51,591 nucleotides of DNA, taken from NCBI GenBank assembly GCA_002269645.1, contig NIVC01004291.1, forward strand, positions 1-51,591, written 5' to 3'. The notes below the pieces were generated by a model. It did no database searches, was not told the DNA's origin, and saw nothing but the letters and a program-made list of their open reading frames with translations. Made by a program: the position numbers and the translations under genes. Positions 12,968 through 23,915 of the stretch are shown here, piece after piece (position 1 is the stretch's first letter; each line of letters begins with the position of its first letter). The stretch is from Macrostomum lignano (Eukaryota).

Positions 12968-15900
12968 ATCTAGTAATTTCTTCCTGATCCTCAATGATTA
13001 CCTTGGTGAATGGGACTCGTGACATTCGGTCTTGAAACACGAGGGGGTTCAATCTGCACTCGGTGCACTTTCCTTAATCCTGCAGGTTGTCGTGCCGGCT
13101 GTGACGCAACCGCTGGGCCTGGCCGTAGACTGGGCAACCAACCTGCTGTTCTACATTGACAAGTGGCCTTGGCCGCGGCTGTGCGCCGTGTCGCTTGACC
13201 GACCAAGCCTCACTCGGACACTGCTTGTCTCGGACAGACTGTCCGGCGCTCGCGGCCTTGTGTTCGATTCTAACGTGTTCAGACTGTTCTGGATCGATAT
13301 TAAATATAAGGATCAGGGGCGGATCGACTGGTTGGGCTTTGTCTCCGTTGCCGCTCCGATGGATGTTGAGATTGAGACCGGCACCGTGCTCACCGGCCTG
13401 GGCGACCCCAGGTCAGACCGCTTTGCTCACTGCTGCTTCTGCCACTGAGTGATTGACACCCACTGACTGATTGTCTGACACCCACTGACTGATTGTCTGA
13501 CACCCACTGACTGATTGTCTGACACCCACTGACTGATTGTCTGACACTCACTGACTGATTGTCTGACACCCACTGACTGATTGTCTGACACCCACTGACT
13601 GATTGTCTGACACCCACTGACTGATTGGCTGGTTCCAACTGACTAAATGTCTGACCCCAACTGACTAAATGTCTGACACTAGTTGACTAAATGTCTGACC
13701 CCAACTGACTAAATGTCTGACACCCACTGACTGATTGTCTGACACTAGCTGACTAAATGTCTGACACCCACTGACTGATTGTCTGGTTCCAACTGACTAA
13801 ATGTCTGACACAAACTGACTAAATGTCTGACACAAACTGACTAAATGTCTGACCCCAACTGACTAAATGTCTGACACCCACTGACTGATTGTCTGACACT
13901 AGCTGACTAAATGTCTGACACAAACTGACTAAATGTCTGACACCCACTGACTGATTGTCTGGTTCCAACTGACTAAATGTCTGACACAAACTGACTAAAT
14001 GTCTGACACAAACTGACTAAATGTCTGACACTAGCTGACTAAATGTCTGACCCCAACTGACTAAATGTCTGACACCCACTGACTGATTGTCTGACACTAG
14101 CTGACTAAATGTCTGACACCAACTGACTAAATGTCTGACACCAACTGACTAAATGTCTGACACCAACTGACTAAATGTCTGACACCAGCTGACTAAAGGT
14201 CTGACCACCAACTGACTGATTGCCCCACCCCAACCACAGACACCTGGCCCTAGACCAGGCCTCGAGGCGGCTGTACTTCTCAGACGATAAGTCGGTCAAG
14301 TCGGTAACGTACGAAGGTCAGGAGTTGCGCACCCTGCCGCTGAGCGTGAAACCCGTTGGCGTGGCCTATCACAACTCCACTGTGCACTTCGTAGCCCTGA
14401 ACAGCCGCCGAATTCACCGGGTTCGAGTGTCGCCCGTCACCGGAGAATTCGTTGCTAACCGGGACGAGTTCGGATCGGGCTCGGTCGAGCTGCCCAGCGG
14501 ATTCCGGCCGATCAGTCTGATCCTGTTCGACACAGACTCGGCCAGGCCGCCCAATGCTGGCAATGCGCTTAAGACTCGCAATTTCTGCTTGCGCAACAGG
14601 TGCCAGCACTTCTGCCTGCTGACCAGGCAGCTGGAGATCGCCTGCGCCTGCTCTGATCTGCACAGGCGGGCGCCTGGCGACAGCGGCGGCTTCACTGAAC
14701 AGTGCGAACCGGTTAGCGACTGGCTGCACCTGGTCACGGATAAGGGCCTCACTATTGGCTACCCGGTGGGCTCGGTGAGTGCGCTTGCTATAGTATAGGT
14801 AGCATTATACGAGGGGCACTATTAAAGTTCTGAGCCTGACCAAGATCTTATAGTGGCAAAGTGTTGAAACTTTAGGCTCTAAAAGCGCCACATGTTAATA
14901 GTCTATTGTCAACTTTTCAGAATTTTCTGCATTCCCTAAGTCCCACTGCACCATTTTATTTCCAGCACCCCATGGCATTTTCTCAAGAATTGAAGCTTGA
15001 GCACAGGGCAGTGATTAAATTTCTGACTCTGGAGGGCTCAAAGCCTGCTGAAATTCAAAGCCGCATGGCTAGTGTGTACGCTGACGCTGCCCCCTCATAC
15101 GCCACCATAAAGCGCTGGGCAGCCGAGTTCAAGCGTGGCCGCGACTCGCTCGAAGATGACCCCCGATGTGGACGACCCCGGACTGCTGTCACTGCCGACA
15201 ACATCCAGCGCATCCAGGCTCTGGTTGACATTGACCAGCGGGTGAAAGTCAGGGAACTTGCGGCAGACACTGGACTCTCTGACCCGCAAGTCATTGAGAT
15301 CCTGCACCAGCATCTTCATCTGTCCAAGGTTTCTGCCAGATGGATCCCACGAATCTTGACAAGGGACCAAAAGACCGCACGGGTGCAGTACTCAAAGCTT
15401 GTCCTGGACTCCTACGATCCGGACCCTGCCAACTTTCTGTCCTGCTGCGTGACCGGGGATGAAACGTGGATCCATCACCACGATCCCGAGTCCAAGCAGG
15501 AGTCCAAGCAGTGGCTGCCAGTTGGTTCACCTGCACCACTGAAGGCACGGACTGCATGCAGTGCGGGCAAGATTATGCTCACCGTCTTCTGGGATGCCAA
15601 GGGCCCGCTGCTGCTGGACTTTCTACCGCACAAGCAGACAGTCACAGGCGCCTACTACGCTGACCTGATCGCCCGTCTGCGCGAAGCAATCAAGGAAAAT
15701 AGGCGAGGGATGCTGAGCCGAGGTGTTGTGCTGCTGCACGACAATGCGCCGGCCCACACTAGCAGGATTGCCAAGGCTGCTGTCAGTGTCGCAGGGTTTC
15801 GAGAACTGCCGCACCCAGCCTATTCACCAGACCTGGCCCCGAGCGACTTCCACCTGTTTCCACATCTCAAGCGGGCGCTCCGTGGACAGCGATTTGACAC

Positions 15901-18900
15901 TGATGATGCGCTGAAGGATGCTGCAACTGCTTGGTTTGAGGGCTGCTCGGTGCAATTCTTCCAGAGTGGCATTGAGGCGCTGCGATCAAGATGCCATAAG
16001 TGCATCTTGGTTGGGGGAGACTATGTTGAGAAAAGCTGATCTCACTTTGCCCATATCTCCTCTCTTTCATATTAAGGCTCAGAACTTTAATAGTGCCCCT
16101 CGTATAGTCCGTAAAAATTGCCTGAAAAATCACCATATACGCTCGTAATAATCGCCCTCAAAAATCGCCTTTGAGAATCGCCGTGGGATAATCGCCCTCA
16201 AAAATCGACTTTAAAAACCGCCTTTGAGAATCGCCATGGATAATCGCCTTTAAAATAGCCATGGAATAATCGCCCTTAAAAATCGCCCTTGAGAATCGCC
16301 ATGGAATAATCGCCCTCAAAAACCGCCTTTGAGAATCGCCATGTAATAATCGCCCTTGAGAATCGCCTTTGTGAATCGCCCTTTAAGAATCGCCCCAGCA
16401 TCCCCCAATTCGAATATTCGCTCCCGTCGAATCTCCAGGAAACGCCCTCGCAGCTCAGACAGTTCACCGTCTCGCAGCGGCCCGGCCTGCCCAGTGACAT
16501 CATCCGTGTCGAGTTGCTGCTGACCGACTCAATGGCGTCGGCCACTGCGGACTCCCCCAGCTCATCGGGGGTGTACTTTCTGTACCTTCGCCGTCGTGGC
16601 CCCGTGCTGCTGCACAACCCGGCCACGGGTGTCTGGCGCACTCTGATCCGCGGCCAGTTTCTCGACATGGCACTGGAACCGGTGAACCGGTTGCTGTACC
16701 TGGCCGAGGAGACCGCTATCGTTGCTCACCGGTTGGAGCCGCGGCTGTCATCAGCTTCATCTGCAGCCTCTCTGCCTGTTGAAGCGTCCGCTCTGCACTG
16801 GCTGATTCGCAACTGCAGCCTTGAGGCCTGCCGGCCCGTGGGCCTCGCCATTGACCCCTTGGCTGGCCATCTGTACTGGATGGACCGGGACTCCTCCGAC
16901 AGGACAGAGGAGGGCGCCCACCTGTTGCACCGGTGCCGACTGGATGGCACAGGGGAGACTCGACTCGACTCGATGGAATCAGAACTGCTCATGCGGCCGT
17001 CTAGCAGTTTGAGATTTCATTCGGGTATAACTCGCTGCCGGCCAATGGGGGCCGCCTCTGACTGTCCCCTCTCCGCCTCTCTCCACCCCCTCCCTCTCCG
17101 CCCTCCCTCTCCACCCCCTCCCTCTCCGCCCTCCCTCTTCGCCCCCTCCCTTTCTGGCCTCTCCCTCACGCCCTCCCTCTCCGCACTCTCCCTCTCTGGC
17201 CTCTCGCTCTCCGCCCTATCCCTCTCCGCCCTCTCCCTCTTCGCCCTCTCCCTCACGCCCTCCCTCTCCGCCTCTCTCCGCCCTCCCCCTCTCCGCCCTC
17301 CCTCTTCGCCCCCTCCCTTTCTGGCCTCTCCCTCTCCGCCTCTCTCCGGCCTCTCCCTCTCCGCCCTCCCTCTTCGCCCTCTCCCTCTCCGCCCTCCCTC
17401 TTCGCCCTCTCCCTCTCCGCCCTCTCCCTCTCCGCCCTCCCTCTTCGCCCTCTCCCTCTCCGCCCTCCCTCTCCGCCCTCCCTCTCCGCCCTCCCTCTTC
17501 GCCCTCTCCCTCTCTGGCCTCTCCCTCTCTGCCCTCTCCCTTACGCCCTCCCCCTCTCCGCCCTCACCCTCTCCGCCCTCTCCCTCTCCGCCCTCCCTCT
17601 GGCCTCTCCCTCTCCCCCTCCCCCTCTCCGCCCTCTTCCTCTCTCCGCTCTCCCCCTCTCCTTTTCCACGCAGAGTGTGGCAAGCACAGCAGGGGCCCAA
17701 TGAAAATATTCTCTATATCTCTATACCGGTTCAATCATTGCCAGTCACTGACTTTCCCACTGCTTGGCATCCCGCAGGCGGCTCCGGGGCCGGCCTGTAT
17801 TGGACCAGCAACCTCGGCGCAGTCTCCGGCAATCGGAATAACTGGGCCCTGCTGAAGCTGCAGCTACCGGCATCGATCACGCCTAGCAACGCCTCCCAGC
17901 TTCCCGCTGCTGTTCGCCCAATCGCCAATGTCCAGCTGGCAGGCCCGTACCGCAATGTCACTCCGTTCAGCCTCGGCGACGGTCGGGCCTACGTCCTGAA
18001 CTCGAGTCGTCAGATTAGCGTCTATAATTGCAAGGAAAAGGGGGCTTTGCCTCCGATACTTCTGCCTAGCGACCTGGGCCTGGATGCTGATAGGCCTGTG
18101 GTCACCGCTATGGTGAGTCCTTGCCTAACAATTACCTAATTGCCACCCGATAATCCCCCCCTGGTCACTTCCCAATAATCCTCCATTGGTCACTTCCCCG
18201 ATAATTCTCCCCCTAGTCACTTCCCCGATAATCCTCCCCCTGGTCACTTCCCCGATAATCCTCCCCCTGGTCACTTCCCCGATAATCCTCCCCCTGGTCA
18301 TTTCCCCGATAATCCTCCCCCTAGTCACTTCCCCGATAATCCTCCCCCTGGTCATTTCCCCGATAATCCTCCCCCTGGTCATTTCCCCGATAATCCCCCC
18401 TGGTCACTTCCCCGATAATTCTCCCCCTAGTCACTTCCCGATAATCCTCCCCTAGTCACTTCTCCGATAATCCTCCCCTAGTCACTTCCCCGAAAATCCT
18501 CCCCCCTGGTCACTTCCCCGATAATCCTCCCCCTAGTCACTTCCCGATAATCCTCCTTTAGTCACTTCTCCGATAATCCTCCCCTAGTCACTTCCCCGAT
18601 AATCCTCCCCCTGGTCACTTCCCCGATAATCCTCCCCCTGGTCATTTCCCCGATAATCCTCCCCCTAGTCACTTCCCCGATAATCCTCCCCCTGGTCACC
18701 TCCCCGATAACCCTCCCCCTGGTCATTTCCCCGATAATCCTTCATTGGTCACTTCCCCGATAATTCTCCCCCTAGTCACTTCCCCGATAATTCTCCCCCA
18801 AGTCACTTCCCCGATAATTCTCCCCCTAGTCACTTCCCCGATAATCCTCCCCCTAGTCACTTCTCCGATAATCCTCCCCCTAGTCACTTCCCCGATAATC

Positions 18901-21900
18901 CCCCCTGGTCACTTCCCAATAATCCTCCATTGGTCACTTCCCCGATAATTCTCCCCCTAGTCACTTCCCCGATAATTCTCCCCCTAGTCACTTCCCCGAT
19001 AATTCTCCCCCTAGTCACTTCCCCGATAATCCCCCCTGGTCACTTCCCAATAATCCTCCATTGGTCACTTCCCCGATAATTCTCCCCCTAGTAACTTCCC
19101 CGATAATTCTCCCCCTAGTCACTTCCCCGATAATTCTCCCCTAGTCACTTCCCCGATAATTCTCCCCCTAGTCACTTCCCCGATAATTCTCCCCCTAGTC
19201 ACTTCCCCGATAATCCCCCCTGGTCACTTCCCAATAATCCTCCATTGGTCACTTCCCCGATAATTCTCCCCCTGGTCACTTCCCAATAATTCTCCATTGG
19301 TCACTTCCCCGATAATCCCCCCTGGTCACTTCCCAATAATCCTCCATTGGTCACTTCCCCGATAATTCTCCCCCTAGTAACTTCCCCGATAATTCTCCCC
19401 CTAGTCACTTCCCCGATAATTCTCCCCCTAGTCACTTCCCCGATAATTCTCCCCCTAGTCACTTCCCCGATAATCCTCCCCCTAGTCACTTCTCCGATAA
19501 TCCCCCCTGGTCACCTCCCGGATAACCCTCCTTTTTCCGCTCCCGATAATCCGTGAGCATTAAATCAACTGCCTCACCGCCCGCCCAGGTTGCGGCCAGC
19601 ATCCCACAGCGCAGGTCTGTGCTGCAGTCAGGCTACGCAGCCAGCTGTCACCGCCTGTCCTGCAGTCACATTTGCCTGCCGCAGTCCCTGTCTGCTGCAT
19701 CATTAACTCTGCCTTCCTGCGCCTGTCCCAGCGGATTCGAGCTCAAGGACTCTGGTTCCTTTTCGCATACTCCACCCACCGTCTGCAGCCCGGCGCCGTT
19801 TACTTGCAGCCCACGCGAGTTCACCTGCCGGCGCCGGCGCCAGTGCGTCCCGCTGTCTGCGCTGTGCGACGGCCGGCCGGACTGTCACGACACCACCGAC
19901 GAGTCCTGCTGCGATCGGACGCGCGGCCTTCGCGACGTCAAGTCCCTGCCCTGTCGGGCGGTGAGTGAAGGGCGGCGAGATTTTTTCAGGGCTTCCAAAT
20001 GCGGCTCTTTGGAGCAATTGAAGTAGTCTAATCTTCATTAGGTAGCCATTTCAATTCTCTGTACGCCACAGAGAATGGCCACAGCCACAGAGAAAACACT
20101 TGCAGATCCCTATGCCTTAGATGCCTATCCCCCAGATGCCTATCCCCCAGATGCCTATCCCCCAGATGCCTATCCCCAGATGCCTATCCCCAGATGCCTA
20201 TCCCCCAGATGCCTATCCCCCAGATGCCTATCCCCCAGATGCCTATCCCCAGATGCCTTTCCCCAGATGCCTATCCCCCAGATGCCTATCCCCCAGATGC
20301 CTATCCCTATCCTCCAGATGCCTATCCATATCCTCCAGGTGCCTATCCCTATCTACTAGGCCCCTATCCTTATTCCCTCATGTCCAAATCCTCATTCCCC
20401 ATATCCAAATCCTCATTCCCATATCCAAATCCTCATTCCCATATCCAAATCCTCATTCCCCATATCCAAATCCTCATTATTAATATCCAAATCCTCATTC
20501 CCCATATCCAAATCCTCATTATTAATATCCAAATCCTCATTCCCCATATCCAAATCCTCATTATTAATATCCAAATCCTCATTCCCCATATCCAAATCCT
20601 CATTATTTATATCCAAATCCTCATTCCCTCATATCGAAGTCCCCATTCCCAGTTCCCAGGCTAAACACAAATCCATAAATCATAAATTTATTCCTGTCAT
20701 TTCTCCAGCAAATTTCCGGCCGGCCTCAGTGCCTGGCGCTGGCCCTCTGGTGCGACGGCGCGCCCCAGTGCTCCGACGCCTCGGACCAGAGCGAGGCCTT
20801 GTGCTCCGAATCTGTCGTCACAGAATCTCGCGTTGCTGAGGCGGCCGCTGCTGCGGAGGCCGCCGAAGCGTCGGGCTTGGCGCCTTCGTCGAAGCCGCCG
20901 ATCGGCCATCCTGGCGATGCCTCCGCAGGCATGATGAGCGGCCACGGCGTGTTCGTCTACCTGCTGGTGCCGCTGCTGATTGGCGTCGTGGTGCTGCTGC
21001 CGCTGCTGGGCTACTGCTGCACCCGGGACAAGCCGGCCCTGCGGCTGCACGTGCCCGAGATGGCCGAGATGCGCCCCCTGCCAGCCTCGGCCACTGGCGG
21101 GGCCTCGCGGGCTGCAGCCGCCGCTTCTGTGCGCGATGACAAGGATCCCGAAACGATGGACGACGAAGATGATGATGCAGGCGATGGCGACGACGACGAC
21201 GAACTGGACTTTGACGACGATTTCGACCACCAACAGCAGCTGCCGCGCTGTCGAAGCAAGGAGGACCTGTCGTCTGTGGCTACGTCGGCCGCGGCCGCCG
21301 CCGCTCGAGCAGCGTCCAGTTCGAAGTCGTCCAACTCGATGTCCAGCCAGCAGCAGCAGCAGCTGTGCGAGTACGTGGAAACCCTGAACCCGCCGCCGAG
21401 CCCGTGCACCGACTGCTCCAGCCTGCCAGGCGCCGCGGCCGCCGCCGCCAGATTTCACGACTTCGACGACGCCAGTCGGAGCGGCAGCGATGCGGCAGCG
21501 GCATTTTATTATTCCAATAATAATCATTTTGCATCTCGGCATCGGCGCCAGCGGGGCAGCAGCGGCGGCAGCGGCGAGCAGCAGCAGGAGCTGCTGGTGC
21601 ATCAGCAGCACCAGAGGCATAGCGGCAGTCGGAGACGGAGACGCCGTCAGCGCAGTCGGTCGCGGGCCGCCGCCGCTGCCGCCCCGGCCGCCTCCGCTAG
21701 CGGCGTCGCCGGTCGCCGAGCGCCAGTCTCTTTGATCGCGCCGCCTTACGATTCTCCCTACCACCAGCTGCAGCCTCAGCCTCAGCCTCCTCGTCAGCCT
21801 CGCCAGCACCATCGGCAGCACAGGTCCGCCGGCGGGGCGGCAGTTCGGCATCTTCTAGCTTGGTTGCTATGCGCTCCCCGCCAGCCTATCAGAATCCGCC

Positions 21901-21973
21901 TCCCACGCCTAACCGGGTGTCGGCCTGCACTGACAGCTCCGAGCCGATGGTGTCGGTGCTGCTGAATCGGTGA
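426..21973 (+). CDS. LRP5/6: LRP5/6 (arrow)-like Wnt co-receptor, multi-exon, 5' end probably upstream of the window
   Basis: Exons: 426-718 (tentative), 5414-5716, 7037-7375, 7847-8210, 8867-9013, 10351-10777, 10954-11098, 11590-11876, 12413-12857, 13086-13411, 14240-14774, 16439-17024, 17778-18112, 19589-19960, 20709-21973. All phases are compatible from 5414 onward. YWTD-type motifs: VYWVT, IYWME, IYWID, LAVDW..GNLYWVT, LAVDWATNLLFYID, LAIDPLAGHLYWMD. Four EGF modules (exons at 8867, 12413, 14240, 19589), two LDLa repeats (CDGRPDCHDTTDE, CDGAPQCSDASDQ), a TM helix (VFVYLLVPLLIGVVVLLPLLGY) and cytoplasmic LNPPPSPCTD, the LRP5/6 signature. The tail needs a 1-bp correction near 21835. Confidence 0.9.
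2796..2951. repeat. Long imperfect palindrome (about 62-bp arms), MITE-like
   Basis: ggctgtttctattggcaacacacacatgtaagtcgctattgg ... ccaatagcgacttacatgtgtatgttgccaatagaaacagcc, centred on agtcacgtgact. A partial third arm lies at about 3095-3135. Confidence 0.8.
3200..4861 (-). mobile_element. Decayed IS630/Tc1/mariner-superfamily DNA transposon with about 175-bp imperfect inverted repeats
   Basis: 3200-3375 is the reverse complement of 4688-4861, with scattered mismatches. The interior encodes a broken DDE transposase on the minus strand. Confidence 0.8.
3620..4470 (-). pseudogene. Degenerate IS630/Tc1-type DDE transposase
   Basis: Minus-strand translation across stops and frameshifts gives an HTH (IVEMACQLGVKRSIAYTIV), IFNNEFGFNIW (degenerate IDESG), VINNASSHN (degenerate DNASSH) and QLPPYSPFL.PMENSIFYWKAALKR (LPPYSPxLNPIE motif). 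Confidence 0.8.
5738..7004. repeat. Intronic minisatellite, 19/21-bp units (gtgaatagtgtctgact[ct]ca)
   Basis: Dozens of tandem copies filling the LRP intron 5717-7036. Confidence 0.95.
8308..8796. repeat. Intronic minisatellite, 32-bp G-rich unit (gggtaggggtagcggatccctgaagtatcggt)
   Basis: About 15 tandem copies in the LRP intron 8211-8866. Confidence 0.95.
9065..10301. repeat. Intronic minisatellite, 32-bp unit (ctgatccccatgagatcccggattctgggaag)
   Basis: About 38 copies. They account for the repetitive minus-strand ORFs in the track. Confidence 0.95.
11119..11545. repeat. (TGTC)n microsatellite with tgtcttag variants
   Basis: Visible tetranucleotide runs. A second run lies at about 12880-12965. 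Confidence 0.9.
12012..12330. repeat. Intronic minisatellite, 19-bp unit (cgcccttcaccccacagac)
   Basis: Tandem copies in the LRP intron 11877-12412. Confidence 0.95.
13455..14218. repeat. Intronic minisatellite, 22-bp units (ctgactgattgtctgacaccca / ctgactaaatgtctgacacaaa)
   Basis: Tandem copies in the LRP intron 13412-14239. Confidence 0.95.
14810..16102 (+). mobile_element. Full-length mariner (DD34D) transposon, 1293 bp
   Basis: Perfect 28-bp TIRs (cgaggggcactattaaagttctgagcct at 14810-14837; reverse complement at 16075-16102). TA target duplication on both sides (14808-09, 16103-04). Confidence 0.98.
14972..16039 (+). CDS. Mariner transposase, intact, 355 aa
   Basis: Uninterrupted ORF with N-terminal HTH, WIPRIL (WVPHEL motif), TGDETW, LHDNAPAH and YSPDLAPSD. 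There are 34 residues between the second and third Asp. Confidence 0.97.
   Translation: MAFSQELKLEHRAVIKFLTLEGSKPAEIQSRMASVYADAAPSYATIKRWAAEFKRGRDSLEDDPRCGRPRTAVTADNIQRIQALVDIDQRVKVRELAADTGLSDPQVIEILHQHLHLSKVSARWIPRILTRDQKTARVQYSKLVLDSYDPDPANFLSCCVTGDETWIHHHDPESKQESKQWLPVGSPAPLKARTACSAGKIMLTVFWDAKGPLLLDFLPHKQTVTGAYYADLIARLREAIKENRRGMLSRGVVLLHDNAPAHTSRIAKAAVSVAGFRELPHPAYSPDLAPSDFHLFPHLKRALRGQRFDTDDALKDAATAWFEGCSVQFFQSGIEALRSRCHKCILVGGDYVEKS
16146..16395. repeat. Short-period repeat built on aatcgcc
   Basis: aatcgcc recurs about every 10-11 bp between the mariner and the next LRP exon. Confidence 0.8.
17066..17662. repeat. Pyrimidine-rich degenerate minisatellite (ctctccgccctccctct...)
   Basis: Almost pure C/T on the sense strand inside the LRP intron 17025-17777. 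Confidence 0.9.
18144..19530. repeat. Intronic minisatellite, 27-bp unit (gtcacttccccgataatcctccccctg)
   Basis: Tandem copies in the LRP intron 18113-19588. Confidence 0.95.
20118..20630. repeat. Two abutting minisatellites: 15-bp (gatgcctatccccca) then 21-bp (atatccaaatcctcattcccc)
   Basis: Visible tandem copies in the last LRP intron. Confidence 0.9.
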
Positions 21974-22120
21974 ACTCAATAGTACATTGAGCTGGTCAGA
22001 GCCAGACAGATGCTTAAACACTGGATTGGCCACTTGTTGCTTTAGACTTTCTTAGTTTGCTAAATTAGATCTATCTAATGTCTACTGTTCATGCTCCTCT
22101 TTTTGCCATATATATCAGCT

Positions 22121-22512
22121 GAACCAACTGAAAGCATTGAACTGAGTGAGGTTTTACCATAGACATTCTCAGCGGGCCGCGAAACCACCTGAAAGCATTG
22201 AACTGAGTGAGGTTTTACCATAGACATTCTCAGCGGGCCGCGAAACCACCTGAAAGCATTGAACTGAGTGAGGTTTTACCATAGACATTCTCAGCGGGCC
22301 GCGGAACCAACTGAAAGCATTGAACTGAGTGTGAGATTTTACCATAGACATTCTCAGCGGGCCGCGGAACCAACTGAAAGCATTGAACTGAGTGAGGCTT
22401 TACCATAGACATTCTCAGCGGGCCGCGGAACCAACTGAAAGCATTGAACTGAGTGAGGCTTTACCATAGACATTCTCAGCGGGCCGCGGAACCAACTGAA
22501 AGCATTGAACCA
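22121..22512. repeat. 61-bp tandem repeat, about 6 copies, downstream of the LRP stop codon
   Basis: Unit actgaaagcattgaactgagtgaggttttaccatagacattctcagcgggccgcg(a/g)aacca. Confidence 0.9.
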
Positions 22513-23915
22513 AACGAGGTTTTGAGTGAAGTAAACCAAGTGGCCACCTATATTGTTTTCAAATCCATGTCCAAACCAGGATATTTAAAAAGGTTTTTTG
22601 TACTTTGTTGACGCTTAGAATGCTCTCGCAGTTTGACCTTCAACAGTTAAGCAAAACTTGTATTAATTATAAATAGTTGCCTGCATTTTGCATTTTGCTC
22701 AGTAAATTTGTTCTACAGTAGCGCTCTGTAGTAGACATGATTTTTTACTTTAATATGCAACTCTTTACGCTATAAAGTACGCAATGCTCTTGCTGCTTGT
22801 GTGCCTTGCTTCATCAAAATGTGAAAAGTCCCGCATGCGTTAATTGTTGTTTTTTTACTCTTCGATTAACCATTGTTCAGTATACACTACTTGTCAGTTT
22901 GCTGTTATACTACTTATATTGCTTGCTTGCAATTTAACTAAAATTATACTATTGTTTATTACTACAGATAACTGTACACATTTTTATTGTCACGGTTTGA
23001 CAAATTTGACAGTTTTACAACCGACCATTATCTTATACTCGTGTCGGCTTGCCCTTGAGTCTTCTTTCGAATTTAAAAAAGATACCCAACTCCTGCTGAT
23101 TGGCTTCTGCTGACCCGATTGAACAAAACTTGTCGCTGTTTTCTGGAATTTAGCTCAGCTAATTTTAACCCCTACTTTTATTGTACTAACAGTTTCTCTA
23201 AGGCATTTTGTGCTCGTTTTTAATTATCATTAGTTCCTACATTTTTTGTTATAGTCGCCTTTCACCCCCCGGCCCAGTCGGCACTCCCTGTGCTTCAATA
23301 CACTTGACCAGTCTCGGGTGCGCTTTTTGCTACACACTAGTGCCCTACTGCTTTTTTATTTGTTTGCAGCATCCTACTTTTTTCCTTGATTATATATAAT
23401 TACAGATTTTCTCTTGTTTTGCACGTTTTATCTGCTTCCCGCAATGCACTGTTCATTTTTGTTTAAATATCTGTAAATTTCTGTACATCAGTTGCGCTTT
23501 GCGCAGGCGCTTGCAGTCTGGAAGTGCGCAACAAAATATACTGTTATTAGGTTTGATATTGCCAAATTCAATTGGCGCCATAATTTAAAGCTACTACTAC
23601 TTACAAAATATCGTGTAACATACATTTCATCTACTTATAGTAGAATGACGCAGGCTTTTGTTTTTACTGCTTTTTGATTAACAAAATACTTCGTTTTTTC
23701 ATGCGAAAACTGCTAAATAGACCTCAAATGTAGTTTTGCTACTCCATTGTGGTCTCCCTTTTACCTAATAAATAAAAAAATCGGGATGGTTTGTAAAGCG
23801 TAGATATGTAACTAAAATATATAGGCCGAACCATCCGTGTTACGAAAATAAGGACTTAAGCAACTAGTACCCGTATTTTATACAATAACCGTCTAGTATT
23901 CCTTATAATTTCTTC

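Noticed and set aside
21824-21843. 20-nt GT...AG micro-intron that would also restore the LRP tail frame
   Set aside because: Too short for normal spliceosomal removal. A missing C in a GGC run is simpler.
20697-21851. 384-aa antisense ORF and similar antisense ORFs over the alpha-kinase and mariner
   Set aside because: Shadow ORFs expected opposite GC-rich coding sequence. No recognisable motifs.
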